A stretch of 31,805 nucleotides of DNA from an archaeon (lineage in GTDB: Archaea > Iainarchaeota > Iainarchaeia > Iainarchaeales > CSSED10-239): the NCBI GenBank assembly GCA_041657425.1, contig JBBABY010000006.1, positions 36,152 through 67,956 on the forward strand, written 5' to 3'. A program made the translations under genes and the position numbers. The number at the start of each line of letters is the position of its first letter. The stretch's first letter is position 1. Of this stretch, positions 15,093 to 24,350 are shown piece by piece. Under the pieces are notes generated by a model. That model made no database searches, was not told the DNA's origin, and was given only the letters and a program-made list of their open reading frames with translations.

Positions 15093-16127
15093 ATGAAAAA
15101 AATATTAATTTGTTCTTGGCTTGCTGGAGAGTTATTTACAAATAAATCTGCGGGCGGTTCAGAATATAGATCTTATCTTCTATTTAATGAAATTAATAAA
15201 TTCCATAGATATAATATCTCGTTTATAGTTAAAGGACCCAAAGAAGAAAATAGAAAAATAAACGGAGTAAATGTCAATTTTTGTAAAAATAACTTATTTT
15301 CAGCAACAAGCACTTTCAATAATAAAATTATATCTCAAGATGTCTTTGCAGGTTTTGCAATAAATCGCATAATGCCTTGGTTTTACGCACTAGCAAAATT
15401 AAATAATAAAAAAACAATTTATTTTTTAACTTGTGATGCAGATGTGGGTATTGGTCTTGAGAATGTTCCTCAATATTATAAATATCTTCCAAAAGTAATA
15501 TTTTTATTAACCGACACATTTATTGCACAAAATAAAACCCAATATGATATTCTAAAAGATAAATATAAAAATAAACAAATATATTTACTAAAGAACCCTT
15601 GCAAGATTAAACCCGTAAAATATAAAGATGGGCAGTATATCTTGTGGGTTGGAAGAAATGACAAGACAAAGGGCATAGATATATTAAAAAAAGTAATTTT
15701 AAAAAATCCAGAAAAGAAATTTAAAATAATAGGAATAACGGAAAACGAATTGAGCATTAAAAATTCTAAAAACCTAGAGGTGCTTGGGCGCATAGACCAA
15801 AAGAATATTAACAAATATTATTTTGATTGTAGTTTTCTTATAAATACTTCCAAGATAGAAGGTTTCCCAAATATTTTCTTACAATCATTTTCAAATAAAA
15901 AGCCAATAATAAGTTACAGAACAAATCCAGATGACTTTTTTGAAAAAAGTCACGGTGGGTTTTGTGCTAATGGGGATATAAATCAATTTCAAAAGTATAT
16001 AGATCAATTCTATAAAAATAAATTCGAGATTAAAAAAAAAGGCATAAACGGATACAATTATATAAAAAAAGAGCATAATATAAAAAAGATATCTAAAGAA
16101 CTAAGGGAAATATTGAACAAAATATGA
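15093..16127 (+). CDS. GT-B fold glycosyltransferase (GT4-like), paralogue of 20981..22003
   Basis: C-terminal GT-B block ILWVGRNDKTKGIDIL...SKIEGFPNIFLQSFSNKKPIIS. Roughly 40% identical by eye to 20981..22003 along the whole length. Confidence 0.75.
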   Translation: MKKILICSWLAGELFTNKSAGGSEYRSYLLFNEINKFHRYNISFIVKGPKEENRKINGVNVNFCKNNLFSATSTFNNKIISQDVFAGFAINRIMPWFYALAKLNNKKTIYFLTCDADVGIGLENVPQYYKYLPKVIFLLTDTFIAQNKTQYDILKDKYKNKQIYLLKNPCKIKPVKYKDGQYILWVGRNDKTKGIDILKKVILKNPEKKFKIIGITENELSIKNSKNLEVLGRIDQKNINKYYFDCSFLINTSKIEGFPNIFLQSFSNKKPIISYRTNPDDFFEKSHGGFCANGDINQFQKYIDQFYKNKFEIKKKGINGYNYIKKEHNIKKISKELREILNKI

Positions 16128-17197
16128 AAACTATTTTATTTTGGGGTGCAAAAGAATATCCAATAGGTTATAAGTATTCTGATAATCTTGCAGGCGGTAT
16201 TGAAACCGCATTTCAAAGAATAATTTATAGTTTAAAACATAAATTAAAGATTAAAGTAATAACTAGAAAGTTTAAAGAACAACCAAATTTGGAAGTACAA
16301 GATAATGTGGGAATAATAAGAGTATCAACGCCTTCTTTCTTTAAGGGGTTTTTCTATAATTTTAATTCTTTTTTGTATTTACTATTTCGCAAAAGAGATT
16401 ACGATACTATTGTTTGTTCTGGAATAATGTCTGCTTTTTTTGCTGGGGCCTTAAAATTAATTAAGTTTAATAAATTCAGACTCTATTGCAGATGGGATAC
16501 TCCCGCATATATTTCTAAAACCAAATTACTCTATCCTTTAGAAAAATTAACTTATTCTCTCTTTGTGGATAGATTTTTATTAAAAGCAGAATTTGAAGCA
16601 CAAAGAATAAAAAAGTTATATTCTTTAAAGAAATTAAATTATACAGTAGTTGGATTTGGCATAGATTATAAGTCTCCCAATTCTCAGAAATTAAATACAA
16701 TTAGAAAAATTGCATATATCGGGAGATTAGATCAAATAAAGAATATATTTATAATGATAGATACGTTTTCTAAATTAAATAATAATTTAGAATTAAATAT
16801 ATATGGAGATGGGCCGCTAAAAAATAGAATGATAGCGCACATTAAAAAAAGAAATTTAAAAAACGTAAAATATCATGGTTTTGTTTCTGATGTAAAAGCA
16901 AAATTACAAGAAAATGATTGTTTAATTTTGTTATCAAAAACAGAAGGCCTACCAAATATCATTTTGGAAGCAATGATATTAAAAAAACCAATAATTATGT
17001 CAGATATCGGATTGTTTAGTAAAGATATAATCTACGTCGTTAGATTAAATGATTCAAAAACCATGGCAAAAGAAATACAGCAATATCTTAATAATAAACA
17101 ATTACAAGAAAAACTAGTAAATAACGCAAATAATTATTGTCTTAAAAATTTTAATTTTGATAAGATGTTAGATAATTATGAGAATGTATTAAAGTAA
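16124..17197 (+). CDS. GT4-family glycosyltransferase
   Basis: E-x7-E motif TEGLPNIILEAMILKKPIIMSD preceded by IAYIGRLDQIKN. ATGA start/stop overlap with the upstream gene. Confidence 0.75.
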   Translation: MKTILFWGAKEYPIGYKYSDNLAGGIETAFQRIIYSLKHKLKIKVITRKFKEQPNLEVQDNVGIIRVSTPSFFKGFFYNFNSFLYLLFRKRDYDTIVCSGIMSAFFAGALKLIKFNKFRLYCRWDTPAYISKTKLLYPLEKLTYSLFVDRFLLKAEFEAQRIKKLYSLKKLNYTVVGFGIDYKSPNSQKLNTIRKIAYIGRLDQIKNIFIMIDTFSKLNNNLELNIYGDGPLKNRMIAHIKKRNLKNVKYHGFVSDVKAKLQENDCLILLSKTEGLPNIILEAMILKKPIIMSDIGLFSKDIIYVVRLNDSKTMAKEIQQYLNNKQLQEKLVNNANNYCLKNFNFDKMLDNYENVLK

Positions 17198-17247
17198 TAA
17201 CAAATTAATATTTAAACTGTTGTTTACAAATATATTTGGGGGATTAT

Positions 17248-18216
17248 ATGAAATATTTAATTACAGGTTGTGCTGGTTTTGTAGGATATCATTTAGTTAA
17301 AAAGTTATTTGATGAGCAAAAAGATATAGAAATAGTTGGTGTCGATGATTTGAATAATTATTATAGTCCGAAGGTTAAAAAAAAGAGATTAAATCAATTA
17401 AAAAAAGATGCCAGATTTAAATTTTACAAAATGGACATTTCAAAATTTGAAAGTTTGTATAAAATTATTGAAACCGAAAGAATAGAGGTTATTGTTCATT
17501 TAGCAGCTCAAGCAGGAGTACGTTATTCTTTAGAAAATCCTTGGGTGTATGAAAAAACAAATTGTATGGGCACATTAAATATTTTTGAATCTGCAAAAAG
17601 ATTAGGTATAAAAAAAGTGATATATGCTTCTTCTGCATCAGTTTATGGAAATTTAGATGGCAATTGGTCTGAAGACAAACCATTAAATGACCCTATTTCA
17701 TTGTATGCGGCAACAAAACTCCATGATGAACAAATTGCAAGAGTGTATTATAATTTATTTGGATTTAAAAGTATAGGTTTAAGATTTTTTACGGCATATG
17801 GAGAGTATGGTAGGCCAGATATGGCATTTTGGACATTTACAAAAAATATTCTTAATGATAAACCAATAGACGTATATAATAATGGAGACATGGAAAGAGA
17901 TTTCACTTATATTTCAGATATAATTGATGGAGTAATCAAAGCCATAAATTATGATTGTGATTATGAAATATTTAATTTAAGTGGTGGTAAAGAACATAAT
18001 TTAAAATATATAATAGAATGTATTGAAAAAGAGTCAAAGAAACAAGCAATAAGAAATTATATGCCAATTCAATTAGGTGATATAAAGAAAACATCTGCAG
18101 ATATTACAAAAGCAAGGACTTTATTGGGGTATTCTCCTAAAATTTCAATAGAAGAAGGAATACACAAATATGTATCTTGGTTTAAGAAAAATAAGAAGTG
18201 GATTGATAAATTGTAA
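17248..18216 (+). CDS. NAD-dependent nucleotide-sugar epimerase (SDR family; UDP-glucuronate/UDP-sugar 4-epimerase-like)
   Basis: Rossmann motif ITGCAGFVGYH, catalytic YAATK, and SSASVYG. The ATG at 17248 (GGGGGAT SD 3 nt upstream) is preferred over the TTG at 17236 given in the ORF track. Confidence 0.85.
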   Translation: MKYLITGCAGFVGYHLVKKLFDEQKDIEIVGVDDLNNYYSPKVKKKRLNQLKKDARFKFYKMDISKFESLYKIIETERIEVIVHLAAQAGVRYSLENPWVYEKTNCMGTLNIFESAKRLGIKKVIYASSASVYGNLDGNWSEDKPLNDPISLYAATKLHDEQIARVYYNLFGFKSIGLRFFTAYGEYGRPDMAFWTFTKNILNDKPIDVYNNGDMERDFTYISDIIDGVIKAINYDCDYEIFNLSGGKEHNLKYIIECIEKESKKQAIRNYMPIQLGDIKKTSADITKARTLLGYSPKISIEEGIHKYVSWFKKNKKWIDKL

Positions 18217-18225
18217 TTTTGTGGG

Positions 18226-19506
18226 TTGAATATTTTGAGAACGCAAATATTAAAATTGGCTGCAGAAGTTACAGGTAAGAGATTTTTTAATAATTATACA
18301 GAGATTATGTCTACAAATAACAATAAACAACTTACCAGTAAGTATTTGCATTTAATATTTGAAAATTCAAAACAAAACCAATTTTACAAGTCAAAAAATG
18401 TAAATAAATTATCAGATTATCCGATATTAACTAAAGATATAATTAGAAAAGAATATTTGCCATTATATGTAAGCAAACAATACCCAGACATTGTAAAAAA
18501 CACATCTGGAGGATCTACTGGAGAACCTGTTTTAATATATCAAGATAGAAATTATATTGATTGGAGCTATGCAACCACAATGTATTATCTTCAAGATATA
18601 AGAAAAGTAAATGCATTTTGTAAAAAAGTAATTTTGTGGGGTTCTGAAAAAGATATATTTAGACAAATGAATCTTAAAGGAAAAATATATAATTTTCTTA
18701 ATAATCAAATATTTCTTAATTCTTTTATGATGGATTACGATACTATTAAGAAGTATATTTCAATAATTAACAGACAAAAACCAATTTTTTTAAAAGGCTA
18801 TGCAGGATCTCTGTACGAGGTTGCAAAAGTAATAAATAAAGAAAACATACAAGTATATTCCCCGAGATTTATATATTCTTCAGCAGAAGAGTTAAAGGAC
18901 TTTATGAGAAAAGAAATAGAAGATGCATTTCATTCTTCAGTTTATGATTTTTATGGATCAAGAGAGGTTAGTGCAATTGCTGCAGAAGTAAATACAAATG
19001 AATACCTTGCATTTTCATTTGATAATTTTGTGGAAATATTAGATGATAATAATGAAGAAGTTGCTCCTGGAGAAGAGGGAAGAGTAATAATTACTAATTT
19101 ACACAACAATTATTTTCCAATAATAAGATATGAGATTGGAGACGCCGCAATTAAAGGAGAATTCAATAAAGAATATAATCTTCCAACTTTAAAAAAAATA
19201 ACTGGGAGAACAACTGATCATTTTAAAACAGAGGAAGGCAAGATAATACATGGAGAATATTTCACTCATTTATTTTATTTTAGAGAATGGGTTGATTTAT
19301 TTCAAATAGTTCAAAATTCCATTGCCAATATTACAATTTTTGTGGTTTTAAATGATGGGAAAGAACCAAATGAAAAGGATAAAGAAGATATTGATTCAAA
19401 AATCAAAATGGTTATGGGAGAAAATATAATTATAGATTGGAAATTTGTAAGTTCAATTCCTAAAACAAAACAAGGAAAACACAGATATACAATGTCAAAT
19501 ATTTAA
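18226..19506 (+). CDS. adenylate-forming enzyme, PaaK / coenzyme F390 synthetase / CapK-like
   Basis: TSGGSTGEP nucleotide-binding loop, a YGSRE block, and RYEIGD near the hinge are typical of this ANL-superfamily subgroup found in capsule loci. The start codon is uncertain: TTG at 18226, with the next in-frame ATG at 18307. Confidence 0.65.
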   Translation: MNILRTQILKLAAEVTGKRFFNNYTEIMSTNNNKQLTSKYLHLIFENSKQNQFYKSKNVNKLSDYPILTKDIIRKEYLPLYVSKQYPDIVKNTSGGSTGEPVLIYQDRNYIDWSYATTMYYLQDIRKVNAFCKKVILWGSEKDIFRQMNLKGKIYNFLNNQIFLNSFMMDYDTIKKYISIINRQKPIFLKGYAGSLYEVAKVINKENIQVYSPRFIYSSAEELKDFMRKEIEDAFHSSVYDFYGSREVSAIAAEVNTNEYLAFSFDNFVEILDDNNEEVAPGEEGRVIITNLHNNYFPIIRYEIGDAAIKGEFNKEYNLPTLKKITGRTTDHFKTEEGKIIHGEYFTHLFYFREWVDLFQIVQNSIANITIFVVLNDGKEPNEKDKEDIDSKIKMVMGENIIIDWKFVSSIPKTKQGKHRYTMSNI

Positions 19507-19517
19507 AAGGTACATTT

Positions 19518-20978
19518 ATGTTAGAAAATAAAACAATAGTTATGATAGAAGGATTAAAGAAATATCCTGATTTTTTATTTGTTGGACTAAATTTTCCTGA
19601 GTTTAAAAACAAATTAAAAAATACAAAAGTTGATGAATTTTATAATCAATTAAGAAACGGATTATACGAGTACGGTCTTGATAAAAAAAATTTCAATAAA
19701 AAACAATGGAATCCATTTAAGATTTATATAAAATCAGGGAATACAATTGTGATTAAACCAAATTACGTATTAGATATAAATAGGACAGGAACAATTGATT
19801 CTTTGATAACTCATACAGCATATCTCAAATTTATATTGGACTATTCAATTTTAGCATTAAATGGTAATGGCAAGATTGTTATTTGTGATGCCCCTCTTCA
19901 AAGTTGTAATTTCGATAATTTAATAAAACTACAAAAAACGGATAAATTAATTTCTTTATATAAAAAAGAATATTCAAATATAAAATTTGAATTATTAGAT
20001 TTAAGAAAAACAGTATTTGAGAAGAATCATTTTAATATTTCTCAAAAACAGAAATCAGGAGATAAAAGTGGTTATTACTTAATTAATGTAAAATCAAATA
20101 GTTTTTTAGAAGAAGTAACAGAAAATAATGACAGTTTTAGAGTTACAAATTATAATCCTGATTTGATGCAGAAACATCACAAAAGAGGGACTCACGAATA
20201 TTTAGTAAGTAAAACCATTTTAGATGCAGATATTATTTTCAATGTTCCAAAATTAAAAACGCACATAAAATCTGGGTTAACTGGCGCATTAAAGAATTTT
20301 ATAGGTATGAATGGTCACAAAGAATATTTACCACATCACAGATTGGGTTCTCCAAAGGAGGATGGAGATCAGTATATTAATAAAAGTCTTATTAAAAAAG
20401 AATATAGTAAACTTGCAGATTGGTTTTATAGGAATTATAACCATTTATCAAAAATTCAAAGAAAATTTACGGTTTTTGCGTTGAGTTCTTTATTTGTATT
20501 AAGTAAAATAACATCTAAAGATAAAACTTTAGATGGTGGGTGGTCAGGAAATGACACCATTTGGAGAACAATTTTAGATTTAAATAACATTCTTTATTTT
20601 TATAATACAAAAACAAGAAGATTTAAAAAAAAGCAAGTCAGAGAAGTATTTACTATTGTTGATGGACTTATTTGTGGAGAAAACAATGGGCCACTAAATC
20701 CAGAAGATAAGTTTTGTGGAATTACAATAATTGGAGAAAACCCTGTATTAATTGATGCAATGATTGCAAAACTAATGGGGTATGATATAAAAAAAATTAA
20801 GCAAGTATATTGTGGGTATTATGATGATAAATCAAGACTATCTCCAAAAAGATTAAAAAATATTAATGACGAGCAAATAATTTTAATAAATAAAACAAAA
20901 AAATTTAAAAAAATAAAGGAAATTTACGCTCTCAATTTTATACTTCCAGAATATTGGAGAGATGCTAAAGAGAAATAG
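19518..20978 (+). CDS. DUF362-like protein
   Basis: IVIKPNYV near the N-terminus and FNVPKLKTHIKSGLTGALKNFIG match the two conserved blocks remembered for DUF362. 486 aa. Confidence 0.55.
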   Translation: MLENKTIVMIEGLKKYPDFLFVGLNFPEFKNKLKNTKVDEFYNQLRNGLYEYGLDKKNFNKKQWNPFKIYIKSGNTIVIKPNYVLDINRTGTIDSLITHTAYLKFILDYSILALNGNGKIVICDAPLQSCNFDNLIKLQKTDKLISLYKKEYSNIKFELLDLRKTVFEKNHFNISQKQKSGDKSGYYLINVKSNSFLEEVTENNDSFRVTNYNPDLMQKHHKRGTHEYLVSKTILDADIIFNVPKLKTHIKSGLTGALKNFIGMNGHKEYLPHHRLGSPKEDGDQYINKSLIKKEYSKLADWFYRNYNHLSKIQRKFTVFALSSLFVLSKITSKDKTLDGGWSGNDTIWRTILDLNNILYFYNTKTRRFKKKQVREVFTIVDGLICGENNGPLNPEDKFCGITIIGENPVLIDAMIAKLMGYDIKKIKQVYCGYYDDKSRLSPKRLKNINDEQIILINKTKKFKKIKEIYALNFILPEYWRDAKEK

Positions 20979-20980
20979 TT

Positions 20981-22003
20981 ATGCAAAAGATACTTGTAAT
21001 CTGTCCACAAATTGGAAAGATATTAGAAGGAAAACCCGCTGGTGGCGCAGAGGGCCGTGCATTAATGATATTTAGAAATTATAAAAATACCAGATTTTTG
21101 ATAAGTTCTAAGAAGAAATCAAAAAATAATAAATCTCAAAATAAATTTATATATATTAAAAATACAATTTCTGACTTTAACAATATTGCTTCTGTAATTA
21201 AACAATCAGATATTATTTTGTTTTTTGCATTATCTAAATTTTCGTATATTTATTTTTATTTAGCAAAATTATATAATAAAAAAATTATATATTTTATTGC
21301 TAGTAATGCAGATGTTGGATTGTACTTAAAAGAATCTTCTTTTTATTACAGGTATGTTCCCAAATTAGTATTTCCTATAGTTGATATATTTATTTGTCAA
21401 ACAGAGTTACAAAAAAAACAGTTGAAATATAACAAGCCAACTTATGTTCTCCCAAATCCAACAAATATAACAAAAGTAATAAAACACAATAATCCAAATT
21501 ATATATTGTGGATTGGAAGAAATAACAAAGTTAAAGGGGTAGATATTTTAGAAAAAACCATAAAGCAATTGCCAGATATTAAATTTAAAATAATTGGAGT
21601 AAAAAGTAAAATATTAGAATCATATAAAAATATTGAAACATTAGGTAGAATTAATCCAAATAAGATGCCAAAATATTTTAATTCTGCTGTGCTTTACATT
21701 AATACCTCTTATTCTGAAGGTTACTCTAACACAACTCTTGAAGCATTCTCAAATAAAACGCCCGTAATTAGTTATTCTGCTAATCCAGATAACCTTTTAG
21801 AGAAGAGCAACGGCGGATATTGCGCAAATGGAGACTTACAGAAATTTATTAGTTTAATTAAAGAGAATTATTTTAAAAAAGACAAACTTAAAAAAATGGG
21901 CGAATCTGGATATTTATATATTAAAAATAATAATAATTTAAAAACAATAAAAAATAAAATAGAAGATATATTTTACAAAAACAACATAAAACTGGAGAAA
22001 TAA
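20981..22003 (+). CDS. GT-B fold glycosyltransferase (GT4-like), paralogue of 15093..16127
   Basis: ILWIGRNNKVKGVDIL...SYSEGYSNTTLEAFSNKTPVIS...GGYCANGDL parallels ILWVGRNDKTKGIDIL...GGFCANGDI of 15093..16127. Confidence 0.75.
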   Translation: MQKILVICPQIGKILEGKPAGGAEGRALMIFRNYKNTRFLISSKKKSKNNKSQNKFIYIKNTISDFNNIASVIKQSDIILFFALSKFSYIYFYLAKLYNKKIIYFIASNADVGLYLKESSFYYRYVPKLVFPIVDIFICQTELQKKQLKYNKPTYVLPNPTNITKVIKHNNPNYILWIGRNNKVKGVDILEKTIKQLPDIKFKIIGVKSKILESYKNIETLGRINPNKMPKYFNSAVLYINTSYSEGYSNTTLEAFSNKTPVISYSANPDNLLEKSNGGYCANGDLQKFISLIKENYFKKDKLKKMGESGYLYIKNNNNLKTIKNKIEDIFYKNNIKLEK

Positions 22004-23334
22004 TGAAACAATATAATTTATTTAGACTAGATGATGTTTGTGATAAAATGCCAAATTATCAGAACGTGTTTAAATTTATTAAATTATTAAATAAATATAA
22101 TATAAAACCACTAATGGGGGTCATCCCTGCAGTCAAAGATGAATTAATTATAGATCAAAAATCAACATTTAAAATCAAAGAACTAGAACCATTTATTAAA
22201 AAGAATCAAATTATAATTGCATTACATGGATATGAACACAAATATAGTTATGGAAATAAAGGAATATTGAAATTAAATAGTAAAAGTGAGTTTTCAGGAT
22301 TAAATTTTAATTCTCAGAGTCAAAAAATAAAAAGTGCATTGTCTATTTTAAAAAAAGAACTAGCTATAACTCCTAAATATTTTTTTGCCCCTTCTCACAA
22401 TTATGATGAAAATACTCTGGCAGTTTTAAAAGAATATAATTTGATTAACGTAGATGGAATTTCCTTGTATCCATTTGAATATCTTGGTGTAAAACATATC
22501 CCCCAACAAAAAAACCAACTTAATCCAAAATTGGACCTGTTTAAAAACGGAATTTTTGTTAATCATTTTCATCCAGATGAAATTACAACGACTAAATTAA
22601 TAGAAATTGAAAAATTTTGTAAAGAACATAAAAGCACACTAATTAACTTTGACGATTTAGATAATATTAATATCTCTAGAAATTCATTTGAGAATAGTTG
22701 TTTTGTAAAATATAAGGGCGCAACAGGAACTTTGGAAAAGATAAAATATCCAATTGATAAGATAAAGAAATTTGGATTTTATAATTTAGTTGCTGGTTTG
22801 ATAAAAAAAGAGAAATTAAAAAAAGAATGTCAAAAATATAAATTTAATAAATGGCATATAAATCCAATAGAATTAAGGCCATATGCCCTTGATTGTGTTA
22901 AAGAAGTAAATAAAATTATTTCTAAAGAAAAATTAACATCTGTTTATGAAATTGGTTGTGGTCTTGGAGAGATATTAAATAAAATAAAGGCAAAGATTAG
23001 AGTAGGGTACGATATAGAACCAGAAGTATTAATTGCTGGCGCTCAGAAATTTAAAAAAATTATATTTAATTATGGGAGTTTCAATGATATCAAAAATAAA
23101 AATATAGACGTTTTGATTACTGTAAACTTTATTCATGAAATAAAACCATCAATTTTGAAAAAATATTACGCAAATTTAATAAAGTATAATCGAATTAAGT
23201 ACATTGCTGTAGATTCAGTTAACTATAAGTACAATCATAATTTCAAACAGATATTGCCAAGAGAATATAAGTTGGTTTTTAAGAGCAAGGTATTTGAAAA
23301 TAATAGAACAATACAAATATACGGTAAAAAATGA
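22003..23334 (+). CDS. two-domain protein: DUF2334/polysaccharide-deacetylase-like N-terminus plus class I SAM-methyltransferase-like C-terminus
   Basis: - N-terminus: FRLDDVCDKM...PLMGVIPA...ALHGYEHKY.
- C-terminus: glycine-rich SAM motif VYEIGCGLGEILNK and a downstream acidic strand (VGYDIE).
- One-base TAATG overlap with the upstream gene. Confidence 0.55.
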   Translation: MKQYNLFRLDDVCDKMPNYQNVFKFIKLLNKYNIKPLMGVIPAVKDELIIDQKSTFKIKELEPFIKKNQIIIALHGYEHKYSYGNKGILKLNSKSEFSGLNFNSQSQKIKSALSILKKELAITPKYFFAPSHNYDENTLAVLKEYNLINVDGISLYPFEYLGVKHIPQQKNQLNPKLDLFKNGIFVNHFHPDEITTTKLIEIEKFCKEHKSTLINFDDLDNINISRNSFENSCFVKYKGATGTLEKIKYPIDKIKKFGFYNLVAGLIKKEKLKKECQKYKFNKWHINPIELRPYALDCVKEVNKIISKEKLTSVYEIGCGLGEILNKIKAKIRVGYDIEPEVLIAGAQKFKKIIFNYGSFNDIKNKNIDVLITVNFIHEIKPSILKKYYANLIKYNRIKYIAVDSVNYKYNHNFKQILPREYKLVFKSKVFENNRTIQIYGKK

Positions 23335-24269
23335 AAACAACAGTCGTATCCATAATCATACCAACAAGGAATAGAAAAGTTTTTCTTAAAGAAGCAATAG
23401 ATAGTGTTCTTTCTCAGACTTATAAAAATATAGAATTAATAATTACTGATGATAATTCAACAGATGGCACAGAAGAGTTTGTTAAGGATTACCTAAAGAA
23501 TAAAAAGATAAATTATAAATTTGTAAAGAACAAGAAATATCTTCCTGGTCCAAACGGCAATAAAAATAACGGTTTTGATTACATGACAGGAGAATTAATT
23601 GCAATATTGGATGATGATGATAAACTGTTTCCTCAAGCAATTCAATGGTTAGTTAGAACTTATTATAAAACAGGATATCGGCAAATTATTGCAGATCAGA
23701 TATATTCTAGTAATAATAAAGTTGCAGGAATATCAAATGTTAAAGGCAATATAATTACGTTTAAAGATGTTTTAACTGATCAAATCTCTGGTCATTTTAC
23801 GGGGTTATTTCATAAATCGTTATTAGGTAATAAAAGATTTGATGATAGACAGTGGGGTGCTGAATGTAATTTGTGGTGGCATTTTAATAAAGAAGAGGAT
23901 ATGTATTATCTTAATAAAACTGTATATTGGTATAGAATTCATCAAGGCAGTGTGTGTTTTAAATTAGATAATATCCCCCGAAGAATTATAAATTACAAAA
24001 ATACAATTAAAGATTTTAGTCAAGACTTTTTAAAATATAACCCTCAAAAGTTAGGTCAAAGCTATTTTAGTTTATCTTTATTATATGCTATTGAGAAGGA
24101 GTATAAAAATGCAAAAAAAAGTTACACACTTAGTAGAAAATATCTTGGATTTAATGTAATTAATTTAATTAAATATGTTATTTGTTTACACACACCACGA
24201 AAACTATTTTCTAAATTATTTAATATTAAAGAAAAAGTTAATTTTTATTTAAGAGAAATGCTCAATTAA
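23331..24269 (+). CDS. GT2-family (GT-A fold) glycosyltransferase
   Basis: VSIIIPTRNR, ITDDNSTDGT and ILDDDDKL (DxD) motifs. ATGA overlap with the upstream gene. Confidence 0.85.
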   Translation: MKTTVVSIIIPTRNRKVFLKEAIDSVLSQTYKNIELIITDDNSTDGTEEFVKDYLKNKKINYKFVKNKKYLPGPNGNKNNGFDYMTGELIAILDDDDKLFPQAIQWLVRTYYKTGYRQIIADQIYSSNNKVAGISNVKGNIITFKDVLTDQISGHFTGLFHKSLLGNKRFDDRQWGAECNLWWHFNKEEDMYYLNKTVYWYRIHQGSVCFKLDNIPRRIINYKNTIKDFSQDFLKYNPQKLGQSYFSLSLLYAIEKEYKNAKKSYTLSRKYLGFNVINLIKYVICLHTPRKLFSKLFNIKEKVNFYLREMLN

Positions 24270-24350
24270 ACAAATACACATTCGTGTTTCTTATTTCCTA
24301 TATTTACTTTTATTCCGTTTCTTTTAAATTCTTTTGCAATCTTTTTTTAA

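Noticed and set aside
17236-17247. TTG start (MGDY...) for the epimerase, as given in the ORF track
   Set aside because: The ATG at 17248 is preceded by GGGGGAT at proper spacing and gives the canonical N-terminus MKYLITGCAGFVG. The TTG lies within the SD itself.
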